64,000 nucleotides of DNA from a bacterium (GTDB lineage: Bacteria > Hinthialibacterota > Hinthialibacteria > Hinthialibacterales > Hinthialibacteraceae): positions 2,866-66,865 of the forward strand of contig JBHGBC010000001.1 in NCBI GenBank assembly GCA_041946805.1, given 5' to 3'. The position numbers were made by a program, and so were the translations under genes. Of this stretch, positions 7,711 through 16,779 are shown in pieces; the first letter of the stretch is position 1, and each line of letters begins with the position of its first letter. The notes beneath the pieces are model-generated. The model saw only the letters and a program-made list of their open reading frames with translations. It did not search any database and was not told the origin of the DNA.

Positions 7711-9607
7711 GCGAGATCAACAACCGGGCCTGGCCGATATACGCGTCCAGCAGGCGCGCCTGATGATACAACTGATCGCTCAGCCGCGCCTCCTCGTTGG
7801 ATTGCCAGTACGCGCGCCAGCGGTTGTCTTCGATTTCGAAGCGGGACAGTTGCAAGAGTTCCTCGAGCCATCCCAACGTCTCGGTATGTCCGGCATGGCA
7901 TAGAGACACGGCCTGTTCAAGCCGTTCGAGCAGATCCTTGCCCCGCCCCGCCGCCGGATTGAACTCCAGATCCGGCGGAAGCAAGTCCAGGCCAGCCCGG
8001 GCGGTCTTCACCAGGGCTTCGAGCCGCTGGACGGCCCGCGCGAATTCGCGTCCCAGATCGATGGTGTCCATCCGGGGCTTGAACGGGGCGTGCAGCGCCG
8101 CGATCTGGCGGGGCAGATCGAAGACGCGGTTGGGCAACTCGGCGAAGATCGATTCCAACCGGCTGGTGATGGTCCCCAGGATGATAAGGCCGGCGCTGGT
8201 GTTGTAGACCGGCACTTGAAAGCGGGCAATCTCGTGTTCGAGGCATTGCCGGTACAGTCCGGGCGCGCCGTTCGACGTTGCCGCGGCCTCCTCCAGAATG
8301 GAATCCACGGGAACGTCCGGGTATTCCAGCGGCCGGGAGGCATCTCCTTCCCCCATGGCCGGCTCCCCGGGAAGGGGGAGGTCGTGCCCGGCGAGAATGA
8401 TGGGCTGGCAGCCCATGCGCGCCAGGATGTGGAATCCCATGGCGGCCGCCCCGCCCGGCCCATACACATCCCCCTTGGGCCCCGACAGGGATTGCAGCCA
8501 CTGGTATACGGCGTTGCCTGGCTCCACATGCTCGGATATCCGGTTGAGCGGCGCGGGGCGGCCCAACGGTTCGCGGGTCGCGTGCCACGCAGCCAGGAAC
8601 ACGCGTGGATGAAAATGGCGGAGCATATCGGGATGCGCCCGCGGATCGGCGGCCAGGTAGGTAATGGCGGAGGGGACGTCGTCTTGTAACGCCAACAGGA
8701 CGCGCTCGGGGGTCTCCAGGCTGAAGACGAGATGCGGGCGAACGCCGTGGGCGCGGAGGAACGGATAGGCGGCGTCCACGCAGGCGATCAGGAGGCGGTT
8801 CTGCAGCTGGCGCAGCAGGTTGAAATTCTTGTCGAGCGAGGAGCCGGGCGCGATGAGGACGGCCGGGATGCCGGAAAAATGGTGAAACAGCACAGACGCC
8901 CCGGGATACCGGATCACGGCGCCGGCGTTGGCGATGGTGTGCACCACGATCCGCTTCCCGTATTCGATTCGGTCCAGGCGGCTTTGCGCGGCCCGCTGCC
9001 GGGCGGCCTGCCACGCTTCGTGGAATTGCCGCGCGAAGCCGGGATGGACACGCTCGAGTAAAGGAATCGCCCACACCCGGTACGGCAGGTTCAAAAAACG
9101 GGACCATTCGAGGTCCCGCCCGATGCTCTCCACCGCCTGGTCCGCTGCTTGCCCCACGTACAAATGAGCGCGCGGATCGCCCAGGAGGACGGTGAGATCG
9201 GTGTGATGAAAAGCGGTGAAAAATTGGAGGGGATCGGGTTCAACCATGGCCAGGATCCCGCGTGGAGGGAGCGCCGCGAGGATCCGGCCGGCTTCGTAGC
9301 CCATGCCGAAGCCCAGCAGGATGACGGCGTGCGTCCACTCGGCCTCGCGCAGGGGCTCCGCCAGCCACTGGTCAAGTTCGTTGCGCGGCTCCGGGGTGAG
9401 AAACAGGGCGGCGGGAGGTTCGGGGGGACGCGGGACGCTGACGTTGAAGAATCCCACGCCCAGGGGCGTGACCGGATAGAGGCGGTGCTCCACCTTCGGC
9501 GCGAAACCGGCGATGATTTCGCCCTGGCGGGGATTGACCGATTTCAACGTCGCGAGGTTTTTCTCGAAGAATGGACCGGGGTCCATGGGCCACCTGCCCT
9601 CAATCAT
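7673..9607 (-). CDS. Motility-accessory-factor (Maf)-like protein with DUF115 / MptE-like domain
   Basis: 644 aa; N-terminal FFEKNLATLKSVNP resembles the Campylobacter Maf N-motif (F.KNL.AL). The central segment APGSSLDKN...LIACVDAAYPFLRAHGVRPHLVFSLE matches the PF01973-type motif (GPSL...IIAC...G..PDfvvslD). Confidence 0.65.
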   Translation of the reverse strand: MIEGRWPMDPGPFFEKNLATLKSVNPRQGEIIAGFAPKVEHRLYPVTPLGVGFFNVSVPRPPEPPAALFLTPEPRNELDQWLAEPLREAEWTHAVILLGFGMGYEAGRILAALPPRGILAMVEPDPLQFFTAFHHTDLTVLLGDPRAHLYVGQAADQAVESIGRDLEWSRFLNLPYRVWAIPLLERVHPGFARQFHEAWQAARQRAAQSRLDRIEYGKRIVVHTIANAGAVIRYPGASVLFHHFSGIPAVLIAPGSSLDKNFNLLRQLQNRLLIACVDAAYPFLRAHGVRPHLVFSLETPERVLLALQDDVPSAITYLAADPRAHPDMLRHFHPRVFLAAWHATREPLGRPAPLNRISEHVEPGNAVYQWLQSLSGPKGDVYGPGGAAAMGFHILARMGCQPIILAGHDLPLPGEPAMGEGDASRPLEYPDVPVDSILEEAAATSNGAPGLYRQCLEHEIARFQVPVYNTSAGLIILGTITSRLESIFAELPNRVFDLPRQIAALHAPFKPRMDTIDLGREFARAVQRLEALVKTARAGLDLLPPDLEFNPAAGRGKDLLERLEQAVSLCHAGHTETLGWLEELLQLSRFEIEDNRWRAYWQSNEEARLSDQLYHQARLLDAYIGQARLLISLMEEQLERWENQ

Positions 9608-10143
9608 CAGAATATCATCCAGCCAACCATCCGGCGCGATACCGTTAAGCCAGCCGATGATCCATCACGCGCCGGAAATAGCCAACCCAGCCCGGGAAGA
9701 CCGGCCGCCGAAACCGCTTGTCACACACAGCCGCCGGAAACCGCCGCCACCGCAATGCAAATTAAAGCGAATCAATATGTTCAAATAAATCCGATTGAAC
9801 CGGCCCCGGGGGGATACCCGTACGCCTGCCCAAGGATGATACCCCGATTTGGGCTCAGGTGAAACCGGCGTCTGAGTGGGAGAGATGAGTAAAGGGGGTA
9901 GAAATGAGTCATTGATGGCCCTCGAGAAATAACTACAAAATGAAAACGATCTTATTTTTGGATGGAATGCGCAATTTACAAATTGTTTTATAAATTCGAA
10001 AACAGTTACAATGATTCTTCCTTCACTCCAATTTTCACCCGCAGAAAGAGGGGAGCAACTCCTGTTATTAAAATTGATCGCCTGCCGCTGGATTCGGATG
10101 AAGCCGATTATAGAAAAAATAAATAACGCGGCCAGCGGAGTGA

Positions 10144-10362
10144 TTAGGGGTAATCATCCCCTTCCGGGTTTTCATAACGGGAGATGAGCCAGTGGAGGCC
10201 CCAGATGTCGGCGGCGGCCATCACCAGGCAGATCAGGACCAATCCCAGATGCCAAAGTCCCGAGAAGAATTCCGGGAAAAAATAGACAAGCAGCACGTAA
10301 ACGATCAGGTAAAAGCCAACCACGATGGTGGAACATTTGATCCATTCTTTTCTCTTGTCCAT
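10144..10362 (-). CDS. Small two-helix membrane protein (hypothetical)
   Basis: The ORF track extends to 10566, but only the last ~72 aa (MDKRKEWIKCSTIVVGFYLIVYVLLVYFFPEFFSGLWHLGLVLICLVMAAADIWG..) look protein-like. GGAGAG lies about 10 nt upstream of the ATG at 10362. Confidence 0.4.
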   Translation of the reverse strand: MDKRKEWIKCSTIVVGFYLIVYVLLVYFFPEFFSGLWHLGLVLICLVMAAADIWGLHWLISRYENPEGDDYP

Positions 10363-10705
10363 GGCCGTATCACTCTCCGATGGCAATCGGGAACCCAACC
10401 GTACCGCTTCCCGATGCATGGGGACGTTCGCATGCGTACCCACGCTCATCCGTCTATCATAAAAACTCTCCGTGAGAATGAAAGTGGATTCTTGCGGCTG
10501 GGGCGGTTCATCATTCACCTTGAGGGGATCCGTTGAATGGATCCAACGCCTCGAAACCCGCCACAACCACTATTAGGTCCTGTTGAGTTTTCGTACTACA
10601 TGATGATTCACCGGAATTCAGTACTGGGATTCAAGCGCCAATGGCGCGTTAGAATTGCGCCCTGGGCAACGTCCTGGGAAAAGGACGATCAAATGCATAA
10701 TTCCT

Positions 10706-10840
10706 TCTCCCCCTGGGAGAGGATTAGGGTGAGGGAATTATTGTAGGGGCGGACCTTGGTGTCCGCCCGAATTTCATCGAGTGGATGGAATGCCTTCTTC
10801 ACCAGCGGGTACGCACTTGTCGGATGAACCGGAAAATCAG
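10706..10840 (+). repeat. Mosaic hairpin repeat, copy B (core hairpin + GGGTGAGGGAAT + TAGGGGCGGACCTTGGTGTCCGCCCG hairpin + GTACGC..GGATGAACC arm)
   Basis: Aligns module by module with copies at 31365-31500 and 33704-33848. Confidence 0.7.
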
Positions 10841-10908
10841 AATCCCTTTCACGGCCGGGGCGCGCCGCGATGGGTCCCTCCGGTTGCGGCCCCTCGATTT
10901 CTTCGCTC

Positions 10909-12837
10909 TCATCTCACATACCCCACTCCTCGCAGCTGCTCCAGAAACGGCTCCCAATCCACTTCCGGTTTTTCTCCGGCGGCCGGCAAGGGAGGATAGG
11001 CCGGGGTGGAACGGGGCGCGTGGGCCTGACGGTAAGAGGGGGACACCGCCTCCAGGAGGATCCGGCCGGGCAGTTCCTCGCTGATCGGTAAATCCAACAA
11101 ATAAAGCATGGTCGGGGCGATGTCGAGCAGCGTTACATTCTGGATTGTGGTTCCGGGAGTGATGGCGGGGCCGACAAGGACGATAATCCCGTGAGGATCG
11201 TGGGCGCCGGAGAACGTCCTCTCGAAAAAGATGCGCCGGGTGGGGAGGATTTGGCCCTCGATGAGGATGGTATCATGGATTAGCAGGGGTGATTCCGCAT
11301 GCCAGGAGAGAGAGAAAGTGGTCTGCAACAGAATCCGGCCTTCATCATCCAGTTCCATCTCGAAGACCGGATCGGAAGAGCCGGGGAAATGGACACGGCG
11401 GAGACGTTCCAATAAGGTGCGGGTCAATGTGGGATCGGGAATAACCGGTTCGAGAACGATCTTGCGTTGAATGGTGGAATGGCGGAAAAATGAGGCCGCG
11501 TTCAGGGCCTCGAGCAGGCAGGGCACATCGACGAAAAACTGGCGGGGGGCGGCGGGATCGGCTTTCATCCCATGGTCGGAAAGCAACAGGAAGTGCGTGC
11601 TGGGGGGCAACGCGTCCCGAATACGGCCCAGCGCGCGGTCGGCCTCCTGGTAATAATCCCGAATTGCGGTTTTCAGTTTTGGATTACTAGGCCATTCCAT
11701 GCCGGGAAAAGCCTGGGGCTCCATATAATGCCAATACCGGTGCGCGAGTTTATCAGTGCCATACAAGGTGAAGGTGGCGGCATCGGGAGTGAAACGGCGC
11801 AGCAGGGCGAGAAACACATCGGTTTCCAGCCGGACTTCGGACAGCATTTTGGCGGCGAAGCGTTCTTCCTCGGGCAATCCGAATTGGTCCCGCGCCAGAA
11901 ATCCGGCCATCTGGCGGAAGGCCCGCAGGCGCGCGCCGTGAAGGGCGCACTCCCACAGAGCGCGAAAGGGATGAACCGGTCCGCCATTGCGGTCCTGTTC
12001 CAGTTTGAGTTCCTGAACACAAGCATAATCCAGAGGCCGCGTTTCAGGCGAACGCGCCATCCAGGAGGGAATGACGAACGCGAAGGCGTCATGGACCGGC
12101 CAAGTGGCCAGCCAGGCGTAAAGTCCCACCCGGAGGCCATGGGCAGCCGCGACATCCCATACGCGTGGCGCGGTCAGATCCGCCCGGGTGGCGAAAAATC
12201 CGGTCACGCCATGTTTCTCCTGGGGAAGGCCAGTGGCGATGGAGGTCCACAGCGCGGGGGATTCCATCGGTTCAAGACTCTCGAGGACGCCGCGTGCGCC
12301 CGATTGCATAAGTCTTTGCAAATTAGGCAGTTTACTCTCAACCAAGAGCGGATCGAGCAGGTCCCAGGTGGCGCCGTCCCAACCGATGATCACGAGGCGC
12401 GGTCCGGTGTCAAGGTAGGGCGGCCGATTGTACGCATACGCGATCGTGAATAAACATATATATGTAATGCAGACGATCCCCAATCCGCCGAGGAACACGC
12501 GGATGTTTCCAATAAACTCTAACCATTTGATAACAAGTAACTTAAATCGATTTTGGGGCGGGAGCAGGCGGCTCAATCCCCACCCCGCGAGCCATACTCC
12601 CGTCATGGTTATCAACAACAATAAATGGACAAAAATTGGAAACGCATCAAGAAAAACCGGATTGTACAAACTGAAATAAAACAACACCCCGGCAGGCGGA
12701 ATGACGATGATCAAAAAACAACAGCGGGCCAATGCAGCCATAGGTAATTTTTTCCTGCTCTTTGCTTCCCGATCCATCATACCCGATCCGCGGAAAGATG
12801 GATATGAAAAAGACACCGGCTGTATCCATTCTGCCAT
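10909..12837 (-). CDS. Membrane-anchored alkaline-phosphatase-superfamily protein (type I phosphodiesterase / nucleotide pyrophosphatase-like)
   Basis: 642 aa; N-terminal TM helices, then VIIGWDGATWDLL...PNLQRLMQSGARG...ESPALWTSIATG...KHGVTGFF, typical of the PF01663-like AlkP core. Confidence 0.75.
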   Translation of the reverse strand: MAEWIQPVSFSYPSFRGSGMMDREAKSRKKLPMAALARCCFLIIVIPPAGVLFYFSLYNPVFLDAFPIFVHLLLLITMTGVWLAGWGLSRLLPPQNRFKLLVIKWLEFIGNIRVFLGGLGIVCITYICLFTIAYAYNRPPYLDTGPRLVIIGWDGATWDLLDPLLVESKLPNLQRLMQSGARGVLESLEPMESPALWTSIATGLPQEKHGVTGFFATRADLTAPRVWDVAAAHGLRVGLYAWLATWPVHDAFAFVIPSWMARSPETRPLDYACVQELKLEQDRNGGPVHPFRALWECALHGARLRAFRQMAGFLARDQFGLPEEERFAAKMLSEVRLETDVFLALLRRFTPDAATFTLYGTDKLAHRYWHYMEPQAFPGMEWPSNPKLKTAIRDYYQEADRALGRIRDALPPSTHFLLLSDHGMKADPAAPRQFFVDVPCLLEALNAASFFRHSTIQRKIVLEPVIPDPTLTRTLLERLRRVHFPGSSDPVFEMELDDEGRILLQTTFSLSWHAESPLLIHDTILIEGQILPTRRIFFERTFSGAHDPHGIIVLVGPAITPGTTIQNVTLLDIAPTMLYLLDLPISEELPGRILLEAVSPSYRQAHAPRSTPAYPPLPAAGEKPEVDWEPFLEQLRGVGYVR

Positions 12838-13262
12838 AATATATTGTAAATAAATGACTTACAAAAAGCAATACGTACTATCTTTTGTCCGCCGGTAGCC
12901 TTTTGGGGTGAAAAACTCATAACCGAAAAGCCGGTCATTCGTTTTTAAAAAAAATAAAATTATGACAATAGCCTGGTCCGGTGTAAAAAAAATACCTCTG
13001 GAAGCGGGAGTGACATTCATTTTGTATATAAATATGCTAGATTTTTTTCAGATCGATCCGCTTCGTGTTACGATTAAAAAAAACATAGGACGAATGTGGA
13101 TTGCCAAAATGACATCGTATCGCATATAATGTAATATTGAATGAAGCAAGCTGAATGAATCGGGAACATGAGGGGGTGGCGTGCCGGGCCAAGGGTGTGA
13201 GGGGAACTGGAGTAAATGGAATCCATGACGAACCGATCCTCACCAGAGAAGAGTTCAATCCG

Positions 13263-14318
13263 ATGACTGCCAGCAACGAAAAAGCACTTGAATTCCGCCA
13301 AAAGAGTCATGAGTCTGGCAAAATCCGCGCGGAAAAAGGCCAATCCGAGTTTCCTCCCCCCCGGCCGCACAAGAAAACCGGCCTGAAATCGGTTCCCACG
13401 TCCCCGAAATCCGTACCCTCTCCCAAAACCCGACCGGAAGCCACCCCCCGCCCTTTGCTCAAACGAGCCGAGGCGAAGAAGACTGCAAGCGTCAAAAAAC
13501 CGGATAAAACAGCCCGGAATCCCGTGAAGCATCTCCTCGTGACCGGCGCGGCCGCTCAACCCGGATTCAAAGTGAAAGCGGTCCCCAAAACCGCAGCCAA
13601 ATCCATGGCCAAAGTGGTGGATAAGCCCAAAAGAAAGCAGGCCAGCCATAAAAAAACCGCCGCGACGCCGGTGAAGGAATCAAGCAAACCCAAAATCCCG
13701 CCCATGGGTAAGAAAAAAACCACCTCCAGCCCCAAAACCGTATCGGAGGTCAAAACCGGCGCGAAAGCCGCCCCCGCGAAAAAACGATCCTCCCGGGCGG
13801 CTCTTGTGTTTCCCACTACCCGCTGGGGCACTGAAAGCATCATCAGCTTCGAGGCCACGGAACATTATCCCACGCCGGAACTGACCAGCATCGTGGGCGG
13901 ATTTGTCTTCCACGACGGCAAAGTCGTGCTGGCCAACGTCCCCGGACGCGGCTGGGAGATCGTCGGCGGCCGGATCGATATCGGCGAAACCCCCGAGGAC
14001 ACTTTTCGCCGTGAGGCCCTGAACCAGGTGGGTGTGACCCTTTCCCACATCAAGATGATCGGCGTCGTGCGCATCGAACACATGGGCCCGGAACCGCCCA
14101 ACTGCCCCTATCCCTACCCGATCGGTTACGGCGTCCAGTTCATTGGCATTGTCGACCAAATGATCCCCTTCAGCGGGAGCGAAGACTCCCTGGGCCGCTC
14201 GCTGATCTCGCCCGAAGGCTTCAAGGAACATTACTACGACTGGAACGAATATTACGAAGCCGTCTTCCATTACGCCCACGATGTCTACCTCAAATGGCGG
14301 AAAAAGTTGAAAATATAA
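13263..14318 (+). CDS. NUDIX hydrolase with N-terminal histone-H1-like Lys/Ala/Pro-rich domain (the ORF could start at 13155)
   Basis: About 200 aa of basic low-complexity sequence (KKTASVKKPDK..KPKRKQASHKKTAATPVKESSKPK..) precede a Nudix fold. The Nudix-box-like segment is GGRIDIGETPEDTFRREALNQVGV (G-x5-E-x7-RE..). Confidence 0.6.
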   Translation: MTASNEKALEFRQKSHESGKIRAEKGQSEFPPPRPHKKTGLKSVPTSPKSVPSPKTRPEATPRPLLKRAEAKKTASVKKPDKTARNPVKHLLVTGAAAQPGFKVKAVPKTAAKSMAKVVDKPKRKQASHKKTAATPVKESSKPKIPPMGKKKTTSSPKTVSEVKTGAKAAPAKKRSSRAALVFPTTRWGTESIISFEATEHYPTPELTSIVGGFVFHDGKVVLANVPGRGWEIVGGRIDIGETPEDTFRREALNQVGVTLSHIKMIGVVRIEHMGPEPPNCPYPYPIGYGVQFIGIVDQMIPFSGSEDSLGRSLISPEGFKEHYYDWNEYYEAVFHYAHDVYLKWRKKLKI

Positions 14319-14442
14319 ACCGCCTGCCGCCGGCCGGTACGTATTTTCGAGCCGTTACCCAAATCCACCCGGACCATGATATACTGGTATACTGTATGCG
14401 TCCCGGCCTCGTGGCCGGGGGCGGCAATTCCATGGCTGAGAC

Positions 14443-14979
14443 GTGGAACGAATCATGGGCACTATCCTGACACAAGAAGAAATTGACGTTCTCATGCGGG
14501 CGGGCTTGGGTAAAACCAAGGTTTCAAAGCCGCGGACCGGCGCGGAGGGGCAATCCCTGTTCTCCGAGTTTCCCGAATCGGATGAGGAAGCCGCCCCCGG
14601 CGAAGGGGAATCCGGCCGCGACCGGCCCACTTGGCGGCGCTCCCCGGTGCGGGAAGGAAAGGTGCGCGTCCAACCGGCGGTCTTCGAAACCTTCGAAGAC
14701 GGGGAGGTAATGGGGGATGTCACCAATCTGGAAATCATCCTCAACCTGGAACTCGAAATCCGCGTGGAACTGGGGAAAACGGCGGCCACGGTACGCGATG
14801 TGCTGCAGATGGGCCCCGGCTCGGTCCTGGAATTGCAAAAACTGAACGGCGAACCCGTGGACCTGATGGTGAACCAGAAGCCTTTTTCCAAGGGAGAAAT
14901 GATCGTGATCGGCGACCACTTCGGGGTGCGGGTGACCGACATCCTCTCGGTTCCCGAAATTATCGAGGCTTTGAAATGA
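14443..14979 (+). CDS. fliN: Flagellar motor switch FliN/FliY-like protein (SpoA domain) with N-terminal CheY-binding-type peptide
   Basis: 178 aa; the C-terminal EIILNLELEIRVELGKTAATVRDVLQMGPGSVLELQKLNGEPVDLMVNQKPFSKGEMIVIGDHFGVRVTDIL is a clear SpoA/FliN domain. The N-terminal ILTQEEIDVLM resembles the FliM/FliY LSQxEIDALL motif. Confidence 0.75.
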   Translation: MERIMGTILTQEEIDVLMRAGLGKTKVSKPRTGAEGQSLFSEFPESDEEAAPGEGESGRDRPTWRRSPVREGKVRVQPAVFETFEDGEVMGDVTNLEIILNLELEIRVELGKTAATVRDVLQMGPGSVLELQKLNGEPVDLMVNQKPFSKGEMIVIGDHFGVRVTDILSVPEIIEALK

Positions 14980-15297
14980 GAAACCACCAACTTTTCTCCC
15001 CCACGGCCCGTTTTCGTTGACCACCGCATGGCGCCCGGCATATTCCCCTCCCAGTGAAATCCGATCATTTTTCCCAACGGTCTTGATGACCACTATCTCA
15101 AAACCTGGATAAATCCACACGGGATAACAGACACCCCTGAAACCCCCTCGTTTTCGCTGGCCTTCGCGCCCGCCACGCTTCGGCGGTGAATTCCGGATCC
15201 CGCCTTCGATATTTCTCTCCCCCCCCTGGATATTTCCCTCCGGACTTGTCATGATTTCCCGCGGATTCCCGCACCCTCATCCTGGAAAGGAACATCC

Positions 15298-16062
15298 ATG
15301 TCCCTCGTCAAAATCATGCCGTGCCTCGACATGAAAAACGGCCGCGTGGTCAAGGGTATTCACTTCGTGGACTTGAAAGACGCCGGCGATCCGGTTGAAA
15401 ACGCCGCCTTCTACCAAAGCGAGGGGGCCGACGAACTGGCCATGCTGGACATCGCCGCCACCCTCGAAAACCGCAAGACCCGCCTGGAATGGGTGAAAAA
15501 CGTCTCCGCCGTGATTGACATCCCCCTCACCGTCGGAGGGGGCATTTCCTCCCTGGAAGACATCGATCTGCTGCTCGAGGCGGGGGCGGACACGGTATCC
15601 ATGAACAGCGCGGCGGTCAAACGCCCCGCCCTGGTGCACGAGGCGGCTCAGAAGTACGGCTCCAAACGAATCACCGTGGCCGTGGACGCGCGGCGCAATC
15701 CGGCCATGCCCTCCGGCTTCGAAGTGGTGGTGTCCGGCGGCACGAAACCCGTGGGCCAGGATGCGGCCGTCTGGGCGAGACAATGCGAGGATCTGGGCGC
15801 GGGCGTGATTCTCCCCACCAGCATGGACGGCGACGGCACCCAGGCCGGTTACGACCTGGAATTCACCCGGGCGATCGCCGATGCGGTCTCCGTGCCGGTG
15901 GTGGCGTCCGGTGGGGCAGGAAAATTAGACGACTTTCTGGACGCGGTAAACCAGGGCCGCGCGAGTATTCTCCTGGCCGCCTCGGTGTTCCACTACCGCC
16001 TGATCGGCATTCGCCAGCTGAAGGAATATCTGCGCGAGAACGGCATCGCGGTCTATTTGTAA
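15298..16062 (+). CDS. hisF: Imidazole glycerol phosphate synthase cyclase subunit
   Basis: 254 aa; IMPCLDMKNGRVVKG..AGDPVENAAFY..GADELAMLDI..TVGGGI..GADTVSMNSAAV..VAVDA. GGAAAGGA RBS upstream. No hisH is adjacent. Confidence 0.9.
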   Translation: MSLVKIMPCLDMKNGRVVKGIHFVDLKDAGDPVENAAFYQSEGADELAMLDIAATLENRKTRLEWVKNVSAVIDIPLTVGGGISSLEDIDLLLEAGADTVSMNSAAVKRPALVHEAAQKYGSKRITVAVDARRNPAMPSGFEVVVSGGTKPVGQDAAVWARQCEDLGAGVILPTSMDGDGTQAGYDLEFTRAIADAVSVPVVASGGAGKLDDFLDAVNQGRASILLAASVFHYRLIGIRQLKEYLRENGIAVYL

Positions 16063-16779
16063 GGATTCGGGTGAACGATTTCGCGTTTTGGACAATGAGG
16101 GCCATCTTCATTCCGTGTGCATCCGGTATCCACTCAAATTGACCTCACTCTCAGGGAGCGGATTTGGGGGGAGGGGATGATATTAATCATGTCCCTTCCG
16201 GGATTACAGTTTTCAATGCCCGGGGAGCGAAACAATCAATACCATGAATCCACAACTTACCGCCGTCCGATATACCGTTCTCTTCCTTGGTCGGCATTTG
16301 ATTTGGGGGACTCAGGCCGCGGAACCACGAACCGATCAAGGCAAGGGGGTATTGAATCTCGTCCCCGGTTTGGGAAATATGACGGGATGGATCATGACCG
16401 AAATTCCGGCTACGCACTCCCCCGAGAACCTCTACCGGAACGTGGAAGGAGCGGCGGGACTGTAGCTTTCGTACGGTTTTCGAGCCTTGGCACATGCCCG
16501 CCACAAAAACGCGCGGGATCCGTCGTTGATCATCCCGCTGGTTCCGTTCGATATGGGAGCGGTGAAAGGCGGCTTTGGAGTGTTTTCTGCTGGCCGGCGT
16601 CTCATCCCCGTTTTGCTTCGCGGCCGTCAATCCCTACTTGGGGACGTGCTTGATATCCCTCCAGGAACCGTTTCTTGTAGGCGTGTATGCCGAGCCGGAA
16701 TCCACGGATTGGGACGATATGCGAACTCTTCTGGAGGAGTGTCGAAAATCAATGAAATCACCCTCCTAGCCGATCTCTC

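Noticed and set aside
16117-16653. 178-aa ORF in the hisF-TPR gap
   Set aside because: Composition (R/G/P/S-rich, many W) and the lack of any motif or RBS suggest it is non-coding. The region is reported instead as an ORF-poor stretch.
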